In this document: positions 41,874 through 51,749 of the stretch, piece by piece
Position numbering within the stretch: the stretch's first letter is position 1
How the letters are laid out: the number at the start of each line of letters is the position of its first letter
Source: an uncultured Gammaproteobacteria bacterium
GTDB lineage: Bacteria > Pseudomonadota > Gammaproteobacteria > UBA9214
DNA: 64,000 bases
NCBI GenBank assembly: GCA_963748215.1
Contig: CAVVHS010000002.1
Coordinates: forward strand, 219,699 to 283,698
Direction of reading: 5' to 3'
Notes under the pieces: model-generated
The model's input: the letters and a program-made list of their open reading frames with translations, nothing else
Told to the model about the DNA's origin: nothing
Databases searched by the model: none
Translations under genes and position numbers: made by a program

Positions 41874-42028
41874 GGTATCCCCCAATCATGTTGCGGCAAA
41901 TGTGGCTGTTCGTGCAGGGGCGCGGGTTTGTGCGAATCATGCGGAATAAACCGTTCGCAGACAACTTCAGCTGCTAAAGGCAACGCGGTTTTCTTCGCGT
42001 GTCCTCGTTCCTGCGCGAAAGTATATCG

Positions 42029-43072
42029 TCAGTCCTGCTTCAAACCCTTTATGCTTTCCGCGACGGCGGCGTATTCAAAGGCATCGGAGAAGAAGCGCGA
42101 TTCGTCCAGGCCGTGCTGCATGAACAGGTCATGGCCGGCATGTACCATCACCGGCGGGCCGCTCATGTAGACGTCGTGGCCGGACAGGTCGGGATAATGC
42201 TGCACGACGGCATCGGTGACGAAGCCGGTGGCACCGCCCCAGTCGTCGCCTTCCTGCGGTTCGGACAGCACCGGTGTGTAGCGGAAGGCGGGATGGTCCT
42301 TCAACCACTGCTGCGGCAGCGCATCCAGATACAGATCGCGTTTGGCGCGCACGCCCCAGAAAAGGTGCAGCGGCTTTTCGATGCCGATCCCGAAGGCGTG
42401 TTCCAGGATGCCCTTGACGGGCGCGAAGCCGGTGCCGCCGCCGATCAGGATGGATGGACGTCGGGAATCCTCGCGCAGGAAGAAGGTGCCTAGCGGGCCG
42501 CGGATGCGCCACATGGCCTTTGCCTTCATGCTGTGGAACACCTGGTCGGTGAACAGCCCGCCCTCGACATAGCGGATGTGCAGCTCGATGAACGTGTCGT
42601 CGTGCGGCGCGTTGGCGATGGAGAAGGCGCGCGGCTCGTGGTCCTTGATCAGCACGTCGATGTACTGGCCGGCAAGAAACTGCATGCGGTCATTGGCCGG
42701 CAGCTTCAGGTAGATGCGGATCACGTCGTGTGCCAGGTGTTCGAGCTTTTCCACGCGGCACGGCAGGGTCTTGACCTCGATGTCGCGCGCCGCGTCGACC
42801 TCGCGCACCACGATCAGCAGGTCGCTAGCGGCCCTCGCCTGGCAGAACAGCGCCTTGCCGGCCGCGGCGTCCTGCTCGTTCAGGGCCGGCGGCGTGCCGT
42901 CGGGATAGGCCACCGTGCCGCTGGCCAGTATGCCCATGCACGATCCGCAGGCGCCATTGCGGCAGCCGTATGGCAGAATAACACCCTGGCGCAGGGCGGC
43001 ATCCAGCACGCTCTCGGAGTCATCGACGGTGAATGAATGGCCGCTTGACTGGATGGTGACACGGTAGGTCAT
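42029..43072 (-). CDS. 2Fe-2S ferredoxin:NAD(P)H oxidoreductase (CDP-6-deoxy-delta-3,4-glucoseen reductase-like)
   Basis: CRNGACGSC, RAFSIAN, GGTGFAP, SGPP motifs. Confidence 0.92.
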   Translation of the reverse strand: MTYRVTIQSSGHSFTVDDSESVLDAALRQGVILPYGCRNGACGSCMGILASGTVAYPDGTPPALNEQDAAAGKALFCQARAASDLLIVVREVDAARDIEVKTLPCRVEKLEHLAHDVIRIYLKLPANDRMQFLAGQYIDVLIKDHEPRAFSIANAPHDDTFIELHIRYVEGGLFTDQVFHSMKAKAMWRIRGPLGTFFLREDSRRPSILIGGGTGFAPVKGILEHAFGIGIEKPLHLFWGVRAKRDLYLDALPQQWLKDHPAFRYTPVLSEPQEGDDWGGATGFVTDAVVQHYPDLSGHDVYMSGPPVMVHAGHDLFMQHGLDESRFFSDAFEYAAVAESIKGLKQD

Positions 43073-43119
43073 GCGCATTCTGGTTATTGCAAAGGGGCTG
43101 GCATTGTCGCTGATTTGAT

Positions 43120-43992
43120 ATGGAAGATAAACCGGACATTCCTGTGCTTATCGTGGGTTGCGGCTATATCGGCCGACGCGTGGCAACGCTGCTCGGGAAG
43201 CGTGGCCGGGCCGTGACCGGGCTGGTCTGCAGCGCGGCGAGTGCCGGCGATCTGGCCGGCATCGGCATCGAGACGCTGCGGAGCGATCTCGACCGGGACC
43301 CGGTTCCACCGCTTGCCGGCTTCCGGGATATCTTCTATTTCGCGCCGCCGCCAGGTGACGGCGACAGGGACACGCGCATGACGCACGTGCTGGCCGCGCT
43401 CGGGGCGCCGCGCCGCATCGTCTACATCAGCACCAGTGCAGTGTACGGTGACTGTGGTGGTGCCTGGATCGACGAGGATCAGCCGGTGAACCCGACCAAC
43501 GCGCGCGGCCGGCGCCGCCTGGATGCGGAACGGCAGCTGTCGACATGGGCGCAGGCACATGGCGTGCAGTGGATCATCCTGCGCGTGCCTGGCATCTACG
43601 GGCCGGGCAAGCTGCCGCTGGTGCGTCTGCGCCAGGGTCTGCCGGTGCTGCGCGAGGAGGAGGCGCCGTACACCAACCGTATCCACGGCGACGACCTCGC
43701 TGCCATCTGTGTTGCAGCCATGGATTCGGACAAGGCGGACACCGTCTACAACGTCAGCGACGGCCATCCGGGCAACATGACAGACTACTTCTTCCGCGTT
43801 GCCGATGCCGCCGGCCTGCCGCGTCCGCCGGTGGTGGCGCGTGATGAGGCCGACGCCGTGCTGAGCGCGGGCATGCTGTCGTTCATGAATGACTCGCGGC
43901 GCATGCGTAACGACCGCTTGCTGGGCGCACTCGGCATCGAGCTGCAATACCCCGACCTGGAGTCGGGGCTGAAGTCCTGTTTCAGAGGCTGA
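43120..43992 (+). CDS. Atypical SDR / NAD-dependent epimerase (YeeZ-like)
   Basis: GCGYIG, ISTSAVYGD, GIYGPG, NRIH motifs. Confidence 0.9.
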   Translation: MEDKPDIPVLIVGCGYIGRRVATLLGKRGRAVTGLVCSAASAGDLAGIGIETLRSDLDRDPVPPLAGFRDIFYFAPPPGDGDRDTRMTHVLAALGAPRRIVYISTSAVYGDCGGAWIDEDQPVNPTNARGRRRLDAERQLSTWAQAHGVQWIILRVPGIYGPGKLPLVRLRQGLPVLREEEAPYTNRIHGDDLAAICVAAMDSDKADTVYNVSDGHPGNMTDYFFRVADAAGLPRPPVVARDEADAVLSAGMLSFMNDSRRMRNDRLLGALGIELQYPDLESGLKSCFRG

Positions 43993-44749
43993 ACTCGGCC
44001 ACCACCGGCGCGTGGTCCGACGGCCGCTCCATTCGGCGCGGTTCCCTGTCGATACTGCAGGCCGTGCATTTCCCGGCCAGCGCCTGGCTGGCCAGAATCA
44101 AGTCGATGCGCAGGCCCATGTTGCGCCGGAACGCCGCGGCGCGATAATCCCACCAGCTGAAGCTGCCTTCTTCCTGCTCGAAGCGGCGGAACACGTCGCT
44201 TAAACCCAGCTCGATGATCTTCTGCAGCGCCTGCCGTTCCGGCGTGCTGCACAGGATGCGTTCGCGCCATGCCTCGGGATCGTGCACGTCGCGGTCTTCA
44301 GGTGCGATGTTGAAATCACCCAGCGTGACGAATTGCCGGTGCGACTTCAGCTGCTCGCGGATATAGTCCGCCACCTTGCCCAGCCAGTGCAGCTTGTAGT
44401 CATATTTCACGCTGCCGACTTCCTGGCCGTTGACCACGTACAGGTTGAGGACGCGGATACCATCGATGGTGGCACCGAGGATGCGTCGTTGCGGGTCATC
44501 GAGGCCGGGGATGTCGGTGATGACATCGCTGGCCTCGGTCTTGCTGATGATGGCGACGCCATTGTAGGTTTTCTGTCCCGAGTAGACGACGTGATACCCG
44601 GCCGCGCGGATAGCATCGGCCGGAAAGTTTTCGTCGGTGAGCTTGGTCTCCTGCAGGCACAGCACATCAGGTTCGGCGGCGTTGAGCCAGTCGAGTATAT
44701 GCGGCAGGCGGACCTTGAGGGAGTTGACGTTCCAGGTGGCGATTTTCAT
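43982..44749 (-). CDS. xth: Exodeoxyribonuclease III
   Basis: ATWNVNS, LQETK, GDFNIAP, WWDYR, SDHAP motifs. Confidence 0.96.
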   Translation of the reverse strand: MKIATWNVNSLKVRLPHILDWLNAAEPDVLCLQETKLTDENFPADAIRAAGYHVVYSGQKTYNGVAIISKTEASDVITDIPGLDDPQRRILGATIDGIRVLNLYVVNGQEVGSVKYDYKLHWLGKVADYIREQLKSHRQFVTLGDFNIAPEDRDVHDPEAWRERILCSTPERQALQKIIELGLSDVFRRFEQEEGSFSWWDYRAAAFRRNMGLRIDLILASQALAGKCTACSIDREPRRMERPSDHAPVVAEFSL

Positions 44750-44755
44750 TGTTTT

Positions 44756-44843
44756 CCTCGCGCACGACTACAGGGATGTTGGAGGTAGGGCAACGCAAGG
44801 AGCAGTTGCCGAGAGACGCAGAGGTACGCAGAGATACGCAGAA
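44756..44843 (+). repeat. Repeat arm copy B, with 48-bp insert at 44764-44811 (one substitution)
   Basis: CCTCGCGC[48 bp]AGAGACGCAGAGGTACGCAGAGATACGCAGA. Confidence 0.95.
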
Positions 44844-44859
44844 TAAATAAGGTCATTGC

Positions 44860-45240
44860 CTATAATCCGTTTACCATTCTGGTGATGCCGTTCTTGACCA
44901 GATCGGTGTTGAAGTTTATCAGAAGGCCCAGTTTGTAGCCCGAAAGCTTCAGGTATGTCAGTAGCTGCTTTTTGTGGACGTTCGTGATTGTGTCGACTGC
45001 TTTCAGCTCGACGATCACCCTGTTTCCTACCAGCAGGTCAACCCTGAACGCATCCGGTATCATGAGACCTTTGTAAGACACGGCCAGCGTGGCCTGCCTT
45101 GCTATGACAAGCTTTCGCTGTCTGGTCTCATAGACCAGCGCCTCTTCGTAAACAGACTCCAGCAATCCCGGTCCAAGCGCGGAATGTATTTCGTGTATGG
45201 CGTCGACGATTGCTCCGGACAGCTTGTTTTCAATCATCAT
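44860..45240 (-). CDS. GxxExxY protein (PD-(D/E)xK nuclease fold)
   Basis: LGPGLLESVYEEAL, FRVDLLV, IVELK, QLLTYLK, GLLINF motifs; about 126 aa. Confidence 0.93.
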   Translation of the reverse strand: MMIENKLSGAIVDAIHEIHSALGPGLLESVYEEALVYETRQRKLVIARQATLAVSYKGLMIPDAFRVDLLVGNRVIVELKAVDTITNVHKKQLLTYLKLSGYKLGLLINFNTDLVKNGITRMVNGL

Positions 45241-45336
45241 GGCAAGAAATTTGGATGACCAAAGGGGTGCATCCATACTTCCGCCTGATTGAAGAACTAT
45301 CTGTCAGAACATGCAGTTTCTACCAGTAATATATTT

Positions 45337-45424
45337 TCTCTGCGCCTCTTTGCGTACTCTGCGTCTCTCGGCAACTGCTCCTTGCGTTGCCCTACCTCCT
45401 ACATCCCTGTAGTCGTGCGCGAGG
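45337..45424 (-). repeat. Repeat arm copy C, with 48-bp insert at 45369-45416
   Basis: Insert identical to copies A and D; ends 8 bp from the prlC stop. Confidence 0.95.
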
Positions 45425-45432
45425 CCGCGAGG

Positions 45433-47469
45433 TCAGGCCGCCAGTCCGGAGTGTCGCAGCAAAGCGTCGATGGTCGGTTCGCGGCCGCGGAACTCGACGA
45501 ACAGTTCCATCGGTTCGCGCGAGCCACCCTGTTCGAGGATGCTGCGCAGGAACTTCTCGCCGGTTTCGCGGTTGAAGATGCCGCTTTCCTCGAAGGCGGA
45601 GAAGGCGTCCGCTGACAGTACCTCGGCCCACTTGTAGCTGTAGTAGCCCGCGGCATAGCCGCCGCCGAAGACGTGGGTAAAGCTGTTCTCGAAGCGGTTG
45701 AACTCGGGCGGCTGCATGACCGCGACGTTCCTGCGCACCTGTTCCAGGGTCTGGCGGATGCGCGCACCCTTCTTCGGGTCGTAGTCGCGGTGTATGTGAA
45801 AGTCGAACAGCGCGAACTCGAGCTGGCGCAGCATCTGCATGGCTGACTGGTAGTTCTTCGCGCGCTGCATGCGTTCGTAGAGGTCGGCAGGGATCTTCTC
45901 GCCGCTTTTATAGTGTCCCGAGATCAGGTCCAGCGCATCGCGCTCCCAGCACCAGTTTTCCATGAACTGGCTGGGCAGCTCTACCGCATCCCAGGCCACG
46001 CCGCTGATGCCGGAGACGCCGGGGTAGTCGATCTGCGTCAGCATGTGGTGCAGGCCGTGGCCGAACTCGTGGAACAGTGTGATGACTTCCTCGTGGGTGA
46101 ACAGCGCCGGTTCGTCGCCGATGGGGGGTGAGAAGTTGCAGGTCAGGTAGGCGACCGGTGTCTGTACGCCGCTGGCCGTACCGCGCCGGCTGATACATTC
46201 GTCCATCCAGGCGCCGCCGCGCTTGTTCGGGCGGGCATACAGGTCGAGGAAGAACTCGCCGCGTACCGTGCCATGTGCGTCCCTGATGCGGTAGAAGTCG
46301 ACTGACTCGTGCCAGGTGTCCACGCCGTCCACCGCCTCGATCTGCAGGCCGTACAGGTAGCCGACAATTGCGAACAGCCCTTCCACCACGCGTGGCTCGG
46401 GGAACCATGGCTTCAGTTCTTCCTGCGAGATGGCGTACTTCTGCTGGCGCAGTTTTTCGGAGTAGTACGGGATGTCCCAGGCCTGCACATCGTCGTGGCC
46501 ATGCTCATGGGCGTACTGGTGCACCGCTTCCAGCTCCTGTTCTGCCGCCGGCCTGGAGCGCTTTGCCAGGTCTTCGAGAAAGCCGATAACCTGGTCGGTG
46601 GAGTCCGCCATCTTGGTGGCCAGCGAGCGTTCCGCGTAATTGGTGTACCCGAGCAGGCGCGCAGCTTCGTGGCGCAGACCCATGATCTTTTCCATGGTCG
46701 CACCGTTGTCGTACAGGCCCGCGGTGGGACCGAGTTCGGAGGCGCGCGTGACATAGGCGGTGTAAAGCTCCTTGCGCAGCTCGCGGTCATCGGCGTAGGT
46801 CATCACCGGGTAGTAGGACGGGAACTCCAGGGTGAACACCCAGCCGTCCTGGTCGCGCTGCAGCGCGGTCTGCTGTGCCAGCGCACGTGCACTTTCCGGC
46901 AGGCCGGCGAGCTGTGCTTCGCTGGTGATGTGCTTGTGCCAGGCGTTGGTCGCGTCCAGCACGTTGTCGCTGTATTTCGAGGCCAGCCTGGAGAGTTCCT
47001 GCATGATTTCCTTGAAACGGTCGCGCTTGGCCGCGTCGAGCTCGATGCCTGACAGGCGGAAATCGCGCAGGGCGTTGTCGATGACCTTCTTCTGCGCGGT
47101 GTCGAAGCGCCGGTATTCGTCGCCGTCGGCAATCTGCCGAAAGGCCTGGTACAGGCCCTCGTGCTGGCCGAGTTCGGTACCGTATTCGCTCAGCAGCGGC
47201 AGGCACTCGTTGTACACGTTGCGCAGTGCCTCCGTGTTGACGACCGCGTTCATGTGGCTGACCGGCGACCAGGTGCGGTTGATGCGGTCGTCCATTTCAT
47301 CCAGCGGTTCCACCAGGTTGTCCCAGGTGTAGGTCGTGTTTGCGGCAAGCAGCTGCTCGACGAGTGCACGGCCCTCGGTGAGCAGCCCGGTGATGGCGGG
47401 TTTCACGTGTTCCGGCCTGATCTCGGAAAAGTGCGGCAGGCCGTCGGTGATCAACAGGGGGTTGGACAT
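45433..47469 (-). CDS. prlC: Oligopeptidase A (M3 family)
   Basis: HEFGHGLH, VELPSQFMENW, GYYSYKWAE motifs. Confidence 0.97.
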   Translation of the reverse strand: MSNPLLITDGLPHFSEIRPEHVKPAITGLLTEGRALVEQLLAANTTYTWDNLVEPLDEMDDRINRTWSPVSHMNAVVNTEALRNVYNECLPLLSEYGTELGQHEGLYQAFRQIADGDEYRRFDTAQKKVIDNALRDFRLSGIELDAAKRDRFKEIMQELSRLASKYSDNVLDATNAWHKHITSEAQLAGLPESARALAQQTALQRDQDGWVFTLEFPSYYPVMTYADDRELRKELYTAYVTRASELGPTAGLYDNGATMEKIMGLRHEAARLLGYTNYAERSLATKMADSTDQVIGFLEDLAKRSRPAAEQELEAVHQYAHEHGHDDVQAWDIPYYSEKLRQQKYAISQEELKPWFPEPRVVEGLFAIVGYLYGLQIEAVDGVDTWHESVDFYRIRDAHGTVRGEFFLDLYARPNKRGGAWMDECISRRGTASGVQTPVAYLTCNFSPPIGDEPALFTHEEVITLFHEFGHGLHHMLTQIDYPGVSGISGVAWDAVELPSQFMENWCWERDALDLISGHYKSGEKIPADLYERMQRAKNYQSAMQMLRQLEFALFDFHIHRDYDPKKGARIRQTLEQVRRNVAVMQPPEFNRFENSFTHVFGGGYAAGYYSYKWAEVLSADAFSAFEESGIFNRETGEKFLRSILEQGGSREPMELFVEFRGREPTIDALLRHSGLAA

Positions 47470-47606
47470 TCCGTGTGTTCCTCTCGGGTTCTGTACTGAA
47501 GATTACTCTAGCATGGGTGTCTTGCAACCGCATGTTGAATCCCTGTAACGTCTCCGTCAATACGGACCGGCCAGCCGGCCATTAACCCTGACAAGCGAGG
47601 TGATTT

Positions 47607-48143
47607 GTGACGGTTCGGAGTTTCGAGAATATTGCGCCGCGGATTGCGGCCAGCGCCTATGTCGACGAGTCTGCGCTGGTAATCGGTGATGTGACCCTGG
47701 GCGATGATGTCTCGCTCTGGCCAAACGTGGTGGCGCGCGGCGATGTCAATTCGATCCGGGTCGGGGCGCGCACCAACATCCAGGACGGCACCATCCTTCA
47801 CGTCAGTCACGACAGCGAGTTCGCTCCCGGCGGCTTTCCGCTGCAGATCGGCGCCGACATCACGGTCGGCCACCAGGCGATCCTGCACGGCTGCACTGTC
47901 GAGGACCGTTGCCTGATCGGCATGGCGGCGACCATCATGGACGGCGCCATTGTGCGTTCCGGTGCCATCGTCGGTGCCGGCAGCCTGGTACCGCCTGGCC
48001 ACGACCTGGAAGGTGGCTACCTGTGGATGGGCTCACCGGCACGCCGGGTGCGTGAACTGCGCGAGAGTGAAGTCGCCTTTCTCGACTACTCGGCCGGGCA
48101 TTATGTCGAGCTCAAGAACCGGTACATGTCTGCAACAAAATAA
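47607..48143 (+). CDS. Gamma carbonic anhydrase-like protein (YrdA family)
   Basis: Hexapeptide repeats, RGDVN, TNIQD, GHQAILHGC motifs. Confidence 0.93.
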   Translation: MTVRSFENIAPRIAASAYVDESALVIGDVTLGDDVSLWPNVVARGDVNSIRVGARTNIQDGTILHVSHDSEFAPGGFPLQIGADITVGHQAILHGCTVEDRCLIGMAATIMDGAIVRSGAIVGAGSLVPPGHDLEGGYLWMGSPARRVRELRESEVAFLDYSAGHYVELKNRYMSATK

Positions 48144-48475
48144 GAACGCCATAGAGGACATGGTGGACACAGAGTCAGTTATGCCTGAGGTGGCGTAAAG
48201 CATCTGATCGCGGCATGAGCGGATTCCAGGGCTCGTGAAAGACTATCCTGAAAAAGCACGTTTTATAGATGAGTGGTATAGACCGGAATCAGGATATGCC
48301 GCCGCTTAGAATATCCCGCTGGCGCAGGGATTCTGGACAGCTACTATCGGCCAGAATTTGTCGTTCCCGGACATCTAGCGAACGGCAGGAACGCACCGGA
48401 TTGTGCCGGTGTTCGCTAGATGTCTGTGCCGGGTTGACAGTGCGCGGAAAGCGTAGCTCGCATCAACTCACTCGA

Positions 48476-48658
48476 TCAGAATGGTTTCTTCCCTGGCCCC
48501 GCAAAGTACCAGACAATCAGGCCGATCAGTGGCAGGAGAAACACCACCAAAGACCAAATTAATTTTTCAATACTCTTTGCCGAACTTTGCAGAATCATCA
48601 CGATTGCATAAACGTCCGCAATCAGAATTATAAGACCGCCAATTCCAGTTAAATCCAT
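48476..48658 (-). CDS. Small membrane protein with PLDc N-terminal domain
   Basis: Two TM helices, KLIWSLVVFLLPLIGLIVWYFAGP; GGGGA RBS; low GC. Confidence 0.8.
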   Translation of the reverse strand: MDLTGIGGLIILIADVYAIVMILQSSAKSIEKLIWSLVVFLLPLIGLIVWYFAGPGKKPF

Positions 48659-48747
48659 AGCTTCCCCCAATTGCTGATTATTCAGAATCCCATTCTAACC
48701 TTAAATGATGCAACAATAGATTGTTGAATGCGCGGAATGGGTCGTAC

Positions 48748-48831
48748 TGATCCTCCCCGCGTTGCATGTAACACCTCTCTTAGAGCAAGTATTGCTCCTT
48801 TCGGTGCATCCATCAAACGTGGGGAGGATCA
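48748..48831. mobile_element. MITE-like remnant with IS3-family-like ends
   Basis: TGATCCTCCCC...GGGGAGGATCA terminal inverted repeats, 84 bp, no ORF. Confidence 0.5.
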
Positions 48832-49084
48832 GTTGTCGCCGTTAGCGGTTGTTTACATGAGAGGCGGCTAAACGTCCGATGAGGGTTGCCGTAGGTCCTT
48901 ATGGAAAATTATCTTGGAATCAGCCTGTACATCTGGCCTCGGCCTGCGTAGATGTTTGAAAAATGTCTGGTTGGGTTGCGATTCGCTGGTGCATGACAAA
49001 ATAAATGTTTCTTCCAGGAATTTTTACACTCTGGTGATCAGTTAATTTGAACCGTGCGTTGCGTAGCCTTCCGGATTTTATCCA

Positions 49085-49577
49085 TCAACCCGACGTGTGG
49101 TCGAATACCGGCGGTCTTTCATCCCCGTAGTACTGAATATAATTTCTCCCAGTCGTTCAGCTTGGCCAGGTCGCGTGCATCGCCCCGGCGTGCGAGCCTT
49201 TGTCTGCGGGTCACGGGGTCGCACTGCACGTAGTGCACTTCAATTGAAGCGCCAAGCGTCCGGGTGAGTTGCGACGGCCAGTCCGGATCCCTGATTTCCC
49301 GGGTAAAGGGGCCGACGATGACCACGTCCTGGCAAGACAGGTTTTCCCGGGCGATGTCGAACAGGGTTTCGTAGATGGGGTCGCGAAAGGTGCGCTTGAA
49401 GTAGTCGGAATCACGGTCGTCCGCACTGTGCCCGGACTGGTCAAGCGCGACACGCACCAGCCGTTCGGTTACCGTGTCGATGTCCAGCAGGGTCGCGTGC
49501 CTGGCGGCCGCAAGTTGCCTGGCGTAGGTTGTTTTACCCGCGCCCGGGCTGCCGCAAACGATGAAGGTTGTGTGCAT
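49085..49577 (-). CDS. P-loop kinase/AAA-like protein with a probable 3' frameshift
   Basis: GSPGAGKT motif; frame stops at 49119, shifted frame continues NYIQYYGDERPPVFDH. Confidence 0.75.
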
Positions 49578-49657
49578 GCCGGTGCTTTACCAATGAATAT
49601 TCAGTCTTGCATTACGGATACAAGCCACGGTCTGTGCCACGCGATTTGACAGTGTGT

Positions 49658-49734
49658 CTCTGCGAGCTCTGCGCCTCTCGGCAACTGCTCCTTGCGTTGC
49701 CCTACCTCCTACATCCCTGTAGTCGTGTGCGAGG
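49658..49734 (-). repeat. Repeat arm copy D, with 48-bp insert at 49679-49726
   Basis: CTCTGCGAGCTCTGCGCCTCT[48 bp]GTGCGAGG. Confidence 0.95.
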
Positions 49735-49778
49735 CAATCCATGCACTCTGTCCCCGCTGCCCCCGGTGGCAAGGATGA

Positions 49779-50597
49779 CTATCCGCTTCGCAATGCCGCA
49801 ATGACCGGCGCAGTGTCCGGCCTTACCTTGCGCCACAGGTAAAAGGATTCCGCGGCCTGTTCCACCAGCATGCCGAGGCCATCCATGACATGCTGTGCGC
49901 CGCGCTGCTGCCCCCAGTGCATGAACGCGGTCGGCTCAACGCCGTACATCATGTCGTAACACCACGTGGTGCTGCTGACCACGTCGTCGGGCAGTGCCGG
50001 GACGGCGCCGGCCAGGCTGGCGGCAGTGGCGTTGATGATGAGGTCGAAGGCCTGGCCCGCGATCGCATCCAGACCGCAACCCTCGATATGCCCCAGTGTG
50101 CAGAAGTGCCGCGCCAGCTCAACGGCCTTGTCCGCGGTACGGTTGGCAATCACCAGCAGGCGGGGTTTTTCATCGAGCAGCGGTTCGATGACGCCGCGGG
50201 CGGCGCCGCCGGCACCGACCAGCAGGATGCGCCGGCCCGCCAGGTCCGCGCCGTGGTTGTTGCGCAGGTCACGCACCAGTCCGAAGCCGTCGGTGTTGTC
50301 GCCGTGGTGTTTGCCGTCTGCATGCAACACCAGCGTGTTCACCGCGCCGGCGCGTTCCGCGCGTGGACTGCGGGTGGCGGCCAGTTGCCAGGCCTGTTCC
50401 TTGAACGGCACGGTGATGTTGAGTCCCCTGCCGCCAAATTCCATGAAGTCGGCTACCGCTTTGGGAAAGCCGTTCAGTGCAACCAGGATGGCTATATAGT
50501 CGAGCGCCTCACCGGTCTGTTGCGCGAACAGGCTGTGGATGCGCGGCGATTTGCTGTGGGCAACGGGGTTGCCCATGACGGCGTAGTGGTCGGTCAT
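49779..50597 (-). CDS. aroE: Shikimate dehydrogenase
   Basis: HSKSP, NITVPFK, GDNTDG, GAGGAARG, GMLVEQA motifs. Confidence 0.97.
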   Translation of the reverse strand: MTDHYAVMGNPVAHSKSPRIHSLFAQQTGEALDYIAILVALNGFPKAVADFMEFGGRGLNITVPFKEQAWQLAATRSPRAERAGAVNTLVLHADGKHHGDNTDGFGLVRDLRNNHGADLAGRRILLVGAGGAARGVIEPLLDEKPRLLVIANRTADKAVELARHFCTLGHIEGCGLDAIAGQAFDLIINATAASLAGAVPALPDDVVSSTTWCYDMMYGVEPTAFMHWGQQRGAQHVMDGLGMLVEQAAESFYLWRKVRPDTAPVIAALRSG

Positions 50598-50621
50598 GGT
50601 GACAGTTGCCCGCAGCGCCGC

Positions 50622-51653
<1,032 letters not shown>

Positions 51654-51749
51654 TCACCGGGAGAGTGTACAGCGCATCACGGTCGCGGTCAGTCCCCTGA
51701 CGTGAAATGCGGCTACCACGCCCAGGATACAGCGTGTAAGCTGGTTTTC

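Larger units (their letters stand above)
44756..45424. mobile_element. Putative GxxExxY cassette bounded by inverted repeats of about 85 bp
   Basis: Arms 44756-44843 and 45337-45424 are reverse complements enclosing one lower-GC nuclease ORF; mobility is inferred. Confidence 0.6.

Noticed and set aside
29200-49734. Repeat copies as a CRISPR array or integron attC sites
   Set aside because: The copies are dispersed and inverted with no spacer periodicity, no cas or intI gene, and no RYYYAAC/GTTRRRY ends.
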